Positions 26,270 to 36,735 of a stretch of 64,000 nucleotides of DNA are shown one piece after another (positions within the stretch are counted from its first letter, which is position 1; each line of letters starts with the position of its first letter). The stretch is from an uncultured Candidatus Saccharibacteria bacterium. GTDB taxonomy: Bacteria > Patescibacteriota > Minisyncoccia > Phycocordibacterales > UBA5272. The notes beneath the pieces were generated by a model. The model was not told the origin of the DNA, ran no database searches, and saw only the letters and a program-made list of their open reading frames with translations. The translations under genes were made by a program, and so were the position numbers. The DNA is taken from positions 3,775-67,774 of the forward strand of contig CAZNVC010000001.1 in assembly GCA_964576685.1 (NCBI GenBank). Reading direction: 5' to 3'.

Positions 26270-27583
26270 CTACTTCTTGGAATACAGATCTCTCATACGC
26301 GCTACAAACAGGTTCGAGGCATCGTTAACACCGTAACGATAATTAATAATATCTGAAATCATTGTCGTCGTATATGCAGTTGACTCCCTCTCATGGCTAT
26401 CATACCAACCGTGCGCAACGAGCATCCCTCGTGCCACCACTGGATCAAGCCCCTGTGTAGCAGCGTATGAACGAAGTGCAGGAGTGGCACCAACGATCGC
26501 CGCAATGGACGGCGCAACACCAGCACCTGCGAACTGTGATTCCGCAGTAAGTGCAGTGGTAAGATTTTTTGATGCTTTAAGGGTGGCTATTGCATACATA
26601 CTCATTCCAGTTACCAAAGTATTGTACCCCCGTGTCTGTGGGAGACTTGTCATCCCAAAATCAGCACGAGGGTTACGAGCACGAAGTGTTGGATACTCTC
26701 CTGCATATCCAATATACATTGCAAGCTTCTCCCCTACGAAGAAATCAGTTGCATTTCCAAGAGAATCTGACCATGTGAATGTAGTTTGACCAGGGTCACC
26801 AAATTGTGTAAAGAAACGGTTCGTCGTCGCAAGCGGTAAAATCTCCCCTCCTTCTGTTGCAGGAGTATTAGCTACTACACTAAAATAGCTTTCTCCTCCT
26901 TGAGCCATAATTCGTACAACAGGTGCTTGACCGAGCTGTGCAATAATCGACATAATAATGTCTTTTGCATAAGGAACTCCTGGTGTACCAAGTGCAATAG
27001 CTGACTCAAGGAATTTTCCATTCTGACGAACAGTAAGCGCAGGGGTGATTGTGCCAACTTCATCCCAATACGAAGGAGGGTTGATAATCCCGTGCTTAGA
27101 AAGTAATGTACGATTATAAAAGAGCACCATCGGATCAATAGAAACAGGAAGAGCAAGTGCCCCTTGTGGGGTAAAAAGCACAGAAGCACCATCAACGAAT
27201 GTATCTTTAAATGTCTTTTCTGGAAGGCTGTTCGTAGGGAACGGATAGATTCTTGCTTCCTGTGAAAGAATCATCTGATATTTACCAATAATCATATCTG
27301 GTCCTGTACCGGAAGCGAGCGCCTCAAGAAGACGCTGATTAAACTCATTTTCTGGAACATACGTATATCGAACAGCATAGGTCTTAGCTTGAGGGTTGAA
27401 AGACTGAACAACCGCATTCATTTCTGACTCAGGAAGCGTCCCCCAGAGCTGTACCTCCCCTTGAGCGGTCACATCCTTTCCTCCAATAGAAATTTTTCCA
27501 GAAAAGATAAGGACAGCAAACAATGTGGCGAAAAGCCCAACGCCAAGCAAGATATTACGTAATGAAAACACTGAAGAATGCAT
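26270..27583 (-). CDS. Extracellular solute-binding protein (ABC transporter substrate-binding protein, family 1-like)
   Basis: 437 aa, N-terminal signal/TM, size and composition typical of SBP_bac_1 proteins. No sequence-specific motif confirmed. Confidence 0.45.
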   Translation of the reverse strand: MHSSVFSLRNILLGVGLFATLFAVLIFSGKISIGGKDVTAQGEVQLWGTLPESEMNAVVQSFNPQAKTYAVRYTYVPENEFNQRLLEALASGTGPDMIIGKYQMILSQEARIYPFPTNSLPEKTFKDTFVDGASVLFTPQGALALPVSIDPMVLFYNRTLLSKHGIINPPSYWDEVGTITPALTVRQNGKFLESAIALGTPGVPYAKDIIMSIIAQLGQAPVVRIMAQGGESYFSVVANTPATEGGEILPLATTNRFFTQFGDPGQTTFTWSDSLGNATDFFVGEKLAMYIGYAGEYPTLRARNPRADFGMTSLPQTRGYNTLVTGMSMYAIATLKASKNLTTALTAESQFAGAGVAPSIAAIVGATPALRSYAATQGLDPVVARGMLVAHGWYDSHERESTAYTTTMISDIINYRYGVNDASNLFVARMRDLYSKK

Positions 27584-27742
27584 TGGACACAGTATATAGG
27601 TTTTATATGGTAAGGACTAGTGGATACACGAAATACTGCCTTCATCTTGTAGTGATTAGTCACTGCAGAATGCAAGCACAACCTTCAATCACACTCGTGT
27701 TTATATAGCTAAAGGCTAACGGCTACTATCTACGAGCTGTCC

Positions 27743-28267
27743 TTACGAGCTTATCGCTAGAAACGCGTAATGATAATCCCCCGCTGGAAGGCGCTTCAAA
27801 AGTCTAAACCCGTGCGCCTGTACAAGCGAAATAGCATGTTCTTCTTGTACCACATGTGACGCATGAGGACCTATTCCTCCATGAGAATCAGTCCAATCAA
27901 CTACGAGCAATTGTCCTTCTGGTTTTATGAGTTTACTTATTACAGAAAGCGCTTTATCAATATCTTCTAACTGAAAAAGAATATTCGAAATCACAACCGC
28001 ATCAAGACTATACGCATCAACCGGTACCGCTTTCTCTACATCTGCCCACAGCATTTCGACATTAATGATTCCTCGTTTATCAAGAGTTCCTGCAAGTGTG
28101 TGGAGTGCCTCTCGGTGCACATCTACTGCATAGACCTGCCCCATATCACCAACATCATGAGCAAGTGCTATGGTATAGACACCAGTACCACATCCAATAT
28201 CGGCAACTCTATCACCTGGTTTCAAATATAATTCTTTCACGAGATGTTCTGGAGTAAGAAATGACAT
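27743..28267 (-). CDS. Class I SAM-dependent methyltransferase
   Basis: Motif I VADIGCGTGVYTIA; internal start MSFLTPEH chosen. Confidence 0.7.
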   Translation of the reverse strand: MSFLTPEHLVKELYLKPGDRVADIGCGTGVYTIALAHDVGDMGQVYAVDVHREALHTLAGTLDKRGIINVEMLWADVEKAVPVDAYSLDAVVISNILFQLEDIDKALSVISKLIKPEGQLLVVDWTDSHGGIGPHASHVVQEEHAISLVQAHGFRLLKRLPAGDYHYAFLAISS

Positions 28268-28378
28268 AAGGGTAGTATATAGGGAATGATTAATTGTTAA
28301 TAGTGGATACACGATAACCTCAATACACCACATTGACATAGAGAGTGATATAGACTACTATGACTGACGTCAGACTCT

Positions 28379-28639
28379 TTGCCATGTTACCAAAAAGGAC
28401 GGAAAATGGATATCGAGAATGAAAGAGATAAAGTCATCAAAGTCTTTGAAAAATCAAGAGGAATCATGTTGATTATGAATAATCACAAGGTTCTCGACGC
28501 AACAAATTCTGATGTGCTGGCATGGATCTATCCTGACAAAAACAAACCTGTTGGCAATGAGCAAGAAGTGCTCATGCGGTATGAGGAATTCTTAGAAAAA
28601 TTTCCAGAGCAAAGATTTTTTTTCTACAGATTTCCATAA
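28379..28639 (+). CDS. Hypothetical small protein
   Basis: 86 aa ORF only; no motif. Confidence 0.3.
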   Translation: MPCYQKGRKMDIENERDKVIKVFEKSRGIMLIMNNHKVLDATNSDVLAWIYPDKNKPVGNEQEVLMRYEEFLEKFPEQRFFFYRFP

Positions 28640-28711
28640 TACCAGCAAGCCGTCACCATAATCATGGCGACGGCTTTTACTTTACCTTCAATAATTAATA
28701 ATTAAAGAGGG

Positions 28712-28745
28712 TGAAACCCAAAGAGCGACGCCTTCGGCGTCGCTC
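28712..28745. terminator. Intrinsic terminator hairpin downstream of gyrA
   Basis: aaagagcgacgccttcggcgtcgctctt (UUCG loop). Confidence 0.6.
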
Positions 28746-28832
28746 TTACTGTGCTTTTCACACACCTCTTGAATATTGTAGTTTTCCGCGACAGTCTGCA
28801 TGATCTGCTTCAGTCTGCGAAGTTAGTACCTT

Positions 28833-31307
28833 TTAGAGTAGATTAAATGACGCAAGCGAATCTCCGTCACGAAGCTTCATAATTCTCACTCCTTGTGTAT
28901 CACGACCAAGCGTTGGAATAGATTCTACTTCAGTACGAATCACTTGTGATTCTTTCGATACAGCAAGAAGCTCTTCATTTTCTACCGTCACAACGCGCGC
29001 AACCATGAGCTTCCCAGTTTTCTCAGTTACCTTCACAGTCTTAATTCCAGATCCTCCTCGCTTCTGAATCTTATACTCAGAAATCTTTGTCTTCTTTCCA
29101 AAGCCGTTAGCAGTCATAATAAGAAGTTCAGCATTTTTTGTGCCTGTTGGGATCTTATCTGCCGCCACGATGACATCCCCTTTATCAAGTTTCATTCCTA
29201 TGACCCCAGCTGCGGTACGACCCATTTCGCGAACGTCATTATGATTGAAACGAATAGACTGACCATTTTGAGTGGTGAGTATTACACTGTCTTCATCACG
29301 AACAAAAAGCGCAGAAAGGAGTTCATCTTTTTCTTCAAGACGAATTGCAATGAGACCATTACGACGAACATCTTTGAAACTCTCAGCTGAAGACTTCTTC
29401 GTAGTACCATCTTTGGTGATCATCATAAGTGACACGCCTTTCATTTCTTTTATATCCTTTGGCATCGGAAGAATAGAGGTCACCTTCTCCCCTTCAGTGA
29501 GTTGGAGGAAATTCATAATACTCTTACCACGGGTTGCACGCTTTCCTTCTGGAAGATCATACATCTTCATCTGATATGCCTTTCCTTTATCAGTAAAGAA
29601 GAGAAGATCAGAGTGCGATGAAGTAGTGAGTGACATCGTCACGAAATCCTCTTCTTTAGTATTCAAATCAACAACCCCTACACCACCACGCTTCTGTGTA
29701 CGGAACTCAGATGGATCGGTACGCTTTACATAACCACCAGATGTATAGACAAGCACTTCTTCTTTGTCAGCAATGAGATCTTCTGGATTAAATTCTTTAG
29801 CTTTATGCTTCACAATCTTCGTGCGACGCTCATCGCCATACTTCTCTTTTATTTCTCCAAGCTCTCCCTTAATAATAGAGAGCATTTTCTTTTCTGACTT
29901 GAGAATTGCCTGAAGCTCTGCGATGAGTGCTTGTACGGCCTTCAAATCATCTTCAATCTTCTTACGTTCGAGTCCAGCGAGACGCTGAAGCTTCATTTCA
30001 AGAATTGCAGTTGCCTGGATATCAGAGAACTTCCATTTCTTAATAAGTTGAGCATGAGCGTCAGGTGTATCTTTTGATGCGCGAATGGTCTTAATAATTT
30101 CATCGATGTGATCAAGCGCTTTCTTAAGTCCAAGTAAGATATGTTCCTTCTCAAGAGCACGCTTAAGATCAAACTCTGTACGACGACGCACTACTTCCTT
30201 TCTATGACCAACGAATGCTTCGAGCGCACCCTTAAGTGCAAGGGTCTGTGGAATCCCGTCAACAAGCGCCACTACGTTATAGTGGAACGTGCTTTCGAGT
30301 TCAGTATGCTTATAGAGATAGTTGAGTACCTTCTGTGGCTGAGTACCACTCTTAAGATCAATCACTACACGGATATCCTTCGTTGATTCATCACGAAGTC
30401 CTTTGATACCTTCAATCTTCTTATCACGTACAAGGTCAGCTATAGTTTCAATCAAGTTACTCTTCACAACACGAAAAGGAATTGAAGTGATAATAATCTG
30501 GAACTGACCATTCTTTTGTTCTACAATTTCTGCTTCCCCTCGTACCACCACACCACCACGACCAGTTGCATATGCAGCACGAATATCCGACTGACCAAAG
30601 GCAATACCCCCCATCGGAAAATCTGGACCTTTAATATGTTCACAAAGCTCTTCAGTCGTTGCTTGAGGGTTATCAATAAGATGTACCGTCGCATCGATTA
30701 CTTCACGAAGATTGTGTGGAGGGATGTTGGTCGCCATACCAACAGCAATACCAAGTGTTCCATTAAGAAGAAGATTAGGAACAGCAGTTGGAAGCACTCG
30801 AGGTTCTTTCTTGGTGCCATCGTAGTTAGGTTCCATCTGGACTGTATCTTTTTCAATGTCACGAAGCATTTCCATTGAGAGTTTCGACATCTTCGCTTCG
30901 GTATAACGATACGCAGCTGCTCCATCACCGTCAATAGAACCAAAGTTACCTTGCCCCATTACGAGTGGATAACGATACGAAAAATCTTGCGCAGATTTCA
31001 CCATCGCATCATACACAGACGCATCACCATGAGGGTGATAGTTACCGAGTACGTCTCCAACAATTGTTGCTGACTTACGGAACTTAGCCCCAGGGGTAAG
31101 CCCCATGTTATTCATAGAAAAGAGAATACGACGATGTACTGGCTTAAGTCCATCACGAGCATCCGGCAAAGCACGAGAAGTAATCACACTCATCGCGTAG
31201 TCGAGGTACGCAGTACGCATTTCTTCTGCGATACTTACCGCTTGAAGTCCAGTTCGAGGCACCTCAGGTTCCTGTATTTCTTCTTTGTGTGGTGTCTTTT
31301 TTGCCAT
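28833..31307 (-). CDS. gyrA: DNA gyrase subunit A
   Basis: 824 aa. [17 protein letters not shown]...[21 protein letters not shown] (active-site Tyr) and C-terminal beta-pinwheel repeats. Confidence 0.9.
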   Translation of the reverse strand: MAKKTPHKEEIQEPEVPRTGLQAVSIAEEMRTAYLDYAMSVITSRALPDARDGLKPVHRRILFSMNNMGLTPGAKFRKSATIVGDVLGNYHPHGDASVYDAMVKSAQDFSYRYPLVMGQGNFGSIDGDGAAAYRYTEAKMSKLSMEMLRDIEKDTVQMEPNYDGTKKEPRVLPTAVPNLLLNGTLGIAVGMATNIPPHNLREVIDATVHLIDNPQATTEELCEHIKGPDFPMGGIAFGQSDIRAAYATGRGGVVVRGEAEIVEQKNGQFQIIITSIPFRVVKSNLIETIADLVRDKKIEGIKGLRDESTKDIRVVIDLKSGTQPQKVLNYLYKHTELESTFHYNVVALVDGIPQTLALKGALEAFVGHRKEVVRRRTEFDLKRALEKEHILLGLKKALDHIDEIIKTIRASKDTPDAHAQLIKKWKFSDIQATAILEMKLQRLAGLERKKIEDDLKAVQALIAELQAILKSEKKMLSIIKGELGEIKEKYGDERRTKIVKHKAKEFNPEDLIADKEEVLVYTSGGYVKRTDPSEFRTQKRGGVGVVDLNTKEEDFVTMSLTTSSHSDLLFFTDKGKAYQMKMYDLPEGKRATRGKSIMNFLQLTEGEKVTSILPMPKDIKEMKGVSLMMITKDGTTKKSSAESFKDVRRNGLIAIRLEEKDELLSALFVRDEDSVILTTQNGQSIRFNHNDVREMGRTAAGVIGMKLDKGDVIVAADKIPTGTKNAELLIMTANGFGKKTKISEYKIQKRGGSGIKTVKVTEKTGKLMVARVVTVENEELLAVSKESQVIRTEVESIPTLGRDTQGVRIMKLRDGDSLASFNLL

Positions 31308-31428
31308 AGATAAATGAGACGATAGTGGGTACTAGTATAGCATAAAACAAGAGATTATGTAAGACTTTAAGACCATTTCATTCTTAAGACAATACCATAA
31401 TATCTTTAGTGTCTTTATATCTTGGTAT

Positions 31429-31803
31429 CTACTGACTACCAGCTTCCCCTTCATCCCTAGAATACGTATCCTTCCCTTCAAGGAGACTCGTACTGCTCAC
31501 ATTAATATTCTTTAATTTATCAGACGCCTCCCTAAAAAAACCACCAATCATCTCTCCTGGTGATTGAACGGTAACCATAGGATCGCCTGTAGTATGTACT
31601 TCTACAATATCTTCTGCACGCGTATACCGTTCATGCCAAAATCCGTAGTCAAAATAGAGAATCACCATAGCAATAAGTCCAGTGATACATCCTGCAAAAA
31701 GAATCGCATAGAGGTGTTGCATATGTGCAGGCTGTCGACGAAGTACTGCAATATAGTGATGAACACTCAGATATCTCTCGTACTTTTTAAGAAAATGCTT
31801 CAT
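31429..31803 (-). CDS. Hypothetical membrane protein
   Basis: 124 aa ORF with one long hydrophobic helix. Confidence 0.4.
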   Translation of the reverse strand: MKHFLKKYERYLSVHHYIAVLRRQPAHMQHLYAILFAGCITGLIAMVILYFDYGFWHERYTRAEDIVEVHTTGDPMVTVQSPGEMIGGFFREASDKLKNINVSSTSLLEGKDTYSRDEGEAGSQ

Positions 31804-31940
31804 TGAAGAGTAGTATACAATGAAGACAAGAAATTAAGACATAAAGACAGTTAAGACACTAGAGATGTATACAGTATTATCTTAATATCTTAAAAGTGAA
31901 GCGGTCTTTTAGTCGTAACAATCTTACCTTCCTAGATTCC

Positions 31941-32062
31941 TCTAGTTAAAAAAATGGCACCAGATACTAGGCGGATACATTTTTACGACCAAAACGTACA
32001 AAGAAGTACGTTGCGGGAGGAAAAAATGCATCCAACAACGTAGATGGTGTCATTTTTTTAAC
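31941..32062. repeat. ~120-bp intergenic element: 22-bp terminal inverted repeats (CTCTAGTTAAAAAAATG(G/A)CACC) enclosing an ACGTACAAAGAAGTACGT palindrome
   Basis: ctctagttaaaaaaatggcacc...aaacgtacaaagaagtacgttgcgggagg...ggtgtcatttttttaactagag. Confidence 0.6.
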
Positions 32063-32757
32063 TAGAGTTCGTGGAAGAGAACCACTTCACTTAACTTCCC
32101 TTCAATATCCTTTTTCTTAATAGTAAGTTTCTCTACTGGCTCAACCTTCTCGACACCTGCCTCCTTTAAGAACACTGGAAGTGATTGCTCATCATAATCC
32201 ATCGGAATAATAAGTTTTGGTTCAAGCGATACTGCAAGTTTCTGAGCATCGTAAGGATTAAGCAAGAAAGAATCATGGCCAACTGGAATAAAGAGAACAT
32301 CTGTTTCGTCGATAATTTCTTTATGCTCTGGTTTAAGCATCTCAGATAACGCCCCGAGGAATGTCACACGGATACCATCAATCACGAACACATAACTAGT
32401 ATTTTGATACACCTTTTCTTGTTTCCCTTCTTTGAGAGTCACTGGTGTTGCAAATCCTTTGATAAAAATATTCTGTACTTCATATTCCCCTGCCCCACGA
32501 ATCACAAAGGGTGTCTTTGCACCAAGTTCCGTCTGCTCGACACCGTTATAGTCAGGGTGATTAGTGGTAACAAGCGTAACATCGGCGCCATATTTTGAGA
32601 CCTTTCCTTTGCCTTCCTTAGAAACCGGATTGATGGCAACAGTAAGATCCCCAACCTGTAATTTGAAATGCTGTCGTCCGTAGTGCGAAATAATCATGGA
32701 AGAGATTATAGCACAATCTATAGTGCTTTTTAAAATCCATTCATCTACTCCTTTCAC
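32062..32757 (-). CDS. Metallo-beta-lactamase-fold metal-dependent hydrolase (UPF0173-like)
   Basis: 231 aa. VTTNHPDYNG ... VLFIPVGHDSF; start may be the internal MIISHYG (32697). Confidence 0.5.
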   Translation of the reverse strand: MKGVDEWILKSTIDCAIISSMIISHYGRQHFKLQVGDLTVAINPVSKEGKGKVSKYGADVTLVTTNHPDYNGVEQTELGAKTPFVIRGAGEYEVQNIFIKGFATPVTLKEGKQEKVYQNTSYVFVIDGIRVTFLGALSEMLKPEHKEIIDETDVLFIPVGHDSFLLNPYDAQKLAVSLEPKLIIPMDYDEQSLPVFLKEAGVEKVEPVEKLTIKKKDIEGKLSEVVLFHEL

Positions 32758-33181
32758 GCTATAGTATTAACGCAAGACCTAAGAGGTCTAGAATGAAAAA
32801 AACTCTTTACACTTTTATTTATTCCTCTTTTTTAAACTTTTCCTTAATAAAGCACGAAAATTTCTTGCTAGAAATTTTCTCCATTCCGCACCGTCGTGCT
32901 TCATGAGGCTTTATAAAGAAAAAGTTTGGAGTAATCTGAATACAAATGCTTATATTGGTATAAATGGATAATATTTTATTATATTGAAAACACTCATCTT
33001 TTTTATGAGAAGCAACTCGTCATAGGACGACGGTCCGAGACGGAAGAAATCCGCCAGTAGGCGGATATTCTGTTTGCTTCGATGAAAAAGGTGAGTGTGA
33101 AGGATACAAATACGAGAAAAATACAACATAATTCGATTATTATTGTAAATAAAGCGTTTTTTGTAGTTGTCAAGAGAGCTA

Positions 33182-33216
33182 TTGACAAATATATTTAATT
33201 ATGCTATAGTATTCCC
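33182..33216 (+). promoter_or_regulatory. Near-consensus sigma70-type promoter (TTGACA-N17-TATAGT) followed by an AGGAGG RBS
   Basis: ttgacaaatatatttaattatgctatagtatt ... aaggagggaaactATG (33262). Confidence 0.55.
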
Positions 33217-33261
33217 AAGCAGTTCCATACAACAAAGCACAATTTCCTAAGGAGGGAAACT

Positions 33262-33678
33262 ATGTGCCATCTGATCATCAACGGCGTCGTCAAACAGATC
33301 GCCTACCATAGCGACGGCCGACTGCCGGACCATCTGCGGTCCGAAGTCACGGTCGCTGTCGTGCAGGCGGTCGCCATGCAAGTGGTGACCGCCAACATCC
33401 CGTTCGCCTCCGGCGAGCGGGCGCCGATGGCCCCGCGCACGACCGACAGGCGCAAAGACGACCCGCCGGTTCAGCGCAAGCGGATCGGCATCGGTAAGCT
33501 GCAACCGACCACGAAATTCGTGGTCCGGTACGCCGACCGACACATGGTCTTCGCTGGCGACAAGCTGGTGAAAGAGTGCACTCAGTATCATGTGCGCTAC
33601 TCCGCGCCGCGAAGTGCGCGGAAACCGAAGTACAAGGACCTCCGGTCCGGACACTTCCGGGCCACGGACATCCAGTAG
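33262..33678 (+). CDS. Hypothetical protein encoded by a high-GC foreign gene (138 aa)
   Basis: ORF with a strong RBS; codon composition very different from neighbours; followed by the terminator ccaccagaacgacgtgagtcagtcctggtgg+T-run (~33860..33895). No recognisable motif. Confidence 0.55.
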   Translation: MCHLIINGVVKQIAYHSDGRLPDHLRSEVTVAVVQAVAMQVVTANIPFASGERAPMAPRTTDRRKDDPPVQRKRIGIGKLQPTTKFVVRYADRHMVFAGDKLVKECTQYHVRYSAPRSARKPKYKDLRSGHFRATDIQ

Positions 33679-34053
33679 TAGTACAACCACAAGACCAAAA
33701 GGGAAAAATGATGCAACGAATATGATGTAGCCAGGCAATCAACCTGGCAAAGGAGTAGAGGTCTCGCGAACCTCGTGATCAGAACTCCTGAACCCCAAAA
33801 GCCGGCAGGCGAATCGGGTTCATGGTCGAAAAAGGACCAGTCTGATCAAGCCACCAGAACGACGTGAGTCAGTCCTGGTGGTGTTTTGTTTTTTATAACC
33901 ATAAGACAGCAATATTTTACATAAAACCATCATACTATTACTCAGACACAAATATAATCATATTGATTTATACACAAACCTACTATAGTATAATTCTAGG
34001 AGTCTCTATTTCAGACTAACCATATGTCGTTTGGCTAACCTGAGGAGCAAATC

Positions 34054-34314
34054 ATGAGCAAACAAAGACAGCAGACAGACATAAGCACATTGCCTCGTAG
34101 TCATGGGAGATTAGCTGTCAATCTTCCTGTTGATTCGTTAGAAACGATCAAGAGTTATATGAAAAAAGATGGAATCACTGCAACAGAGTTCATTCGTAGA
34201 GCAATTTCAGCAGAAAAATTTTTACGTGAACAACAAGAGAAAGGAAATGAAATATTAATTCGAGAGAAAGGTAACCAAGACGTAACAAGAATTGTGATGT
34301 TCATTACAAAGTAA
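34054..34314 (+). CDS. Small hypothetical protein, possibly ribbon-helix-helix/DNA-binding-like
   Basis: 86 aa. RBS tgaggagcaaatcATG; own terminator (34330..34375). Function inferred weakly from size and charge. Confidence 0.4.
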   Translation: MSKQRQQTDISTLPRSHGRLAVNLPVDSLETIKSYMKKDGITATEFIRRAISAEKFLREQQEKGNEILIREKGNQDVTRIVMFITK

Positions 34315-34494
34315 TAATAAAAAACTTCTGATGAGTAAACCGTACCACATCTTTGTGGACGGTTTTTTGTTTTTGTAAAAGACTCCTGCACTGACCCCAG
34401 ACAATATTTGCATCTTTATGTAGTAGTGATATAGTAGAAAGTACAGGGAATGTTCCCTGCAACCCATTACTACACTCAAGAAAGGAAACACGAA

Positions 34495-34719
34495 ATGGGC
34501 ACAGTATCAGTTGACGCAAAAATGCGAGCATTCCCCTTCCGGGGAGCAACCGTGCCTACGGAAGAAATTCCGCCAGGACACGATCCTCGCTGTACGCCTT
34601 CCCATTTCTCGCATGATGGCGAACTCTGGGATGAAGAAGCTCTGTATGATACAGATCTTGAAGAACTTGATCGCATGCTTTGCGAAGAGTTCGGTGACAC
34701 TCTCGATATGATTCAGTAG
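34495..34719 (+). CDS. Small acidic hypothetical protein (74 aa)
   Basis: Start MGTVSVDAK after RBS aaaggaaacacgaaATG; TTGCAT-N16-TATAGT promoter-like upstream; terminator aaccgcgaccttgtgtcgcggttttttg at ~34815..34845. Confidence 0.4.
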   Translation: MGTVSVDAKMRAFPFRGATVPTEEIPPGHDPRCTPSHFSHDGELWDEEALYDTDLEELDRMLCEEFGDTLDMIQ

Positions 34720-35267
34720 TAAGACTCCTATCAAGACTGCTTTCGTCTTGAGCTCCACCGCTCGACGACAGTATGTCACCCACCGAGGTGGGACCGGTTG
34801 AGTAACACTCTTCCGGGGAACCGCGACCTTGTGTCGCGGTTTTTTGATGTCCTAATGATATAAACCAAAACAGTACATCTGAGTCTTGGTTACATCCTCA
34901 CACCCCATCTTTTTCATGAGAAGCAACTGGCAAGGATTACAACCAATTCCCGTATTGTATTTGTTATCCAATTACTCCAAACTTTTTCTTTTAAAAACCC
35001 CTCGGAGGCGGGTAGCCGAGAGAGAACGCATTTTCTAGCAAGAAAATGACGTGTTTTTTAAAAGGAAAAGTTTAAAAAAGAAAAAATAATTCTACTTAAA
35101 CACTTTTTTTAAGAAAGTTGCTATTTCTTCATAATAGTTGTAGTATTTGTGTATTCTTTATTAAAAGAAAACGTTTCGGACTTAACCCTCGAAAACACAA
35201 CGAAAGTTGTAGACACGAGACCCCGTTACGCGCACACGTCCACAATCGTGTGGACTATTTTATTTTT

Positions 35268-36347
35268 ATGACAACAAACACAGAAACAATTGCACCGTAT
35301 GCAGTTGATGCAATTATCTTTAAGGAAGACGATATTATCGAAGGAGTAATCGTCGCTATCGAGAAGTCTGCTCTCTATGTAGACTTAGGCGTTGCAGGCA
35401 CAGGTATCATCTATGGTATCGAGTTCATGAATGCTCGCGATGTGATTAAGCGTATCAACATTGGTGATACTATTTCAGCGAAGATTGTCCTTCGTGAGAA
35501 CAAGAATGGCTATGTTGAACTTTCTCTTAAGGAAGCTCGTCAGGCGCTTATGTGGAACGATGCAGAACAAGCTATCAAGGATAAGCGTGTCATGGATCTC
35601 GTTGTGAAAGATGCCAACAAAGGTGGTCTTATCATCGAATGGCAAGGCATGTCTGGATTCCTTCCAGCATCTCAGCTTAAAGAAGATAAGTATCCTCGTA
35701 TCGAAGATGGTGACAAGGATAAGATCCTCCGTGAACTTAAGAAGCTTATCGGAAAGCGTATTTCTGTTTCTATTATCTCCGCTATTCCTAAGGAAGGGAA
35801 GCTTATCTTCTCAGAAAAAGACGGAGGCACTTCTTCTAAAGAAACAAAAGAAGTATCTCTTGGTAACTATGTGGTGGGCGACGAAGTAGAAGGTACAGTC
35901 ACTGGTGTTGTTGAATTCGGTATCTTCGTGAAGCTTACTGATGGCGTTGAAGGACTTGTTCACAAGAGTGAAATTGATTGGGGTCTTGTTGAAGACACTA
36001 AGGCTCACGCTCGTGTTGGTGACAAGGTTCGTGCCAAGATCATCGAAGTGAAGGATAACAAGATCTCTCTTTCACTTAAGGCACTTAAGGAAAATCCTTG
36101 GAAGGAAGCTGCTAAGAAATATAAGAAAGGCGATGAAGTACAAGGAGTTGTGATTAAGTTCAATAAGCATGGCGCACTTGTTTCTATTGAAGAAGGAGTT
36201 GCTGGACTTGTTCATGTGTCAGACTTCGGCGACGAAGCGACACTTCGTGCAACCCTTTCTCTTGGAAAGAGTTACAAGTTCACCATCACTCTCTTTGATG
36301 CAAACGAGGAGAGAATGACACTTACCTACGGAGAGAAGAAGGCATAG
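35268..36347 (+). CDS. rpsA: 30S ribosomal protein S1 (short, 4 S1 domains)
   Basis: Repeated S1-domain motifs GDTISAKIV..., VGDEVEGTVTGVVEFGIFVKL, GDKVRAKIIEVK, KGDEVQGVVIKFNKHGALVSI. Promoter-like TTGCTA-N17-TAGTAT at 35128 and ~110-nt leader. Confidence 0.8.
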   Translation: MTTNTETIAPYAVDAIIFKEDDIIEGVIVAIEKSALYVDLGVAGTGIIYGIEFMNARDVIKRINIGDTISAKIVLRENKNGYVELSLKEARQALMWNDAEQAIKDKRVMDLVVKDANKGGLIIEWQGMSGFLPASQLKEDKYPRIEDGDKDKILRELKKLIGKRISVSIISAIPKEGKLIFSEKDGGTSSKETKEVSLGNYVVGDEVEGTVTGVVEFGIFVKLTDGVEGLVHKSEIDWGLVEDTKAHARVGDKVRAKIIEVKDNKISLSLKALKENPWKEAAKKYKKGDEVQGVVIKFNKHGALVSIEEGVAGLVHVSDFGDEATLRATLSLGKSYKFTITLFDANEERMTLTYGEKKA

Positions 36348-36458
36348 GATTATCCTAAAATACTCTCGTAATACTCCACAAGCGCGACCTTCGGTCGCGC
36401 TTGTGTATTTTCTCACTCCCTAAAAAAATAAAGACCCCGCTCAACACGAGGTCAAAAA

Positions 36459-36662
36459 TTATACTGTTGTTGTTTTCAAGTACACAAAAAGTAACGCATC
36501 TCCTTCGCCAATGTGCCCTTGAAAAATATTCTGAGAGTCATCTTCAAGAGGAGCTTTACTAATCACAAAAGGAGTTTCACCATACTTAAAATCAAAAGAC
36601 GTAGCAGTGTCGTTGAGGGGAGCTTCTTCCTTGATTTTTTCTATAAAATGGTTACTGAACAT
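36459..36662 (-). CDS. Hypothetical small protein
   Basis: 67 aa ORF only. Confidence 0.25.
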   Translation of the reverse strand: MFSNHFIEKIKEEAPLNDTATSFDFKYGETPFVISKAPLEDDSQNIFQGHIGEGDALLFVYLKTTTV

Positions 36663-36735
36663 AGTTATGTACCTAAAAAATGAACTTGGCTTATAATACT
36701 ATAAATAATATCACATGTCAATTTGTGGCGTTGAT

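Larger units (their letters stand above)
32841..35077. mobile_element. ~2.2 kb islet bounded by imperfect ~50-bp inverted repeats (32841..32891 / 35027..35077) with internal 25-bp direct repeats (32995..33019 / 34916..34940). Carries three small independently transcribed genes and no transposase
   Basis: IR: rc(tttaaacttttccttaataaagcacgaaaatttcttgctagaaattttctc) aligns to cattttctagcaagaaaatgacgtgttttttaaaaggaaaagtttaaa (~80% identity). DR: catcttttttatgagaagcaactcg vs catctttttcatgagaagcaactgg. The first cargo gene is ~65% GC versus ~38% background. Confidence 0.5.

Noticed and set aside
33247-33742. Minus-strand ORFs 33247..33738 and 33347..33742 antisense to the GC-rich islet gene
   Set aside because: Antisense artefacts of the 65%-GC gene. 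The plus-strand ORF has a consensus promoter, AGGAGG RBS and terminator, whereas the minus ORFs have Arg/Pro-rich junk composition.
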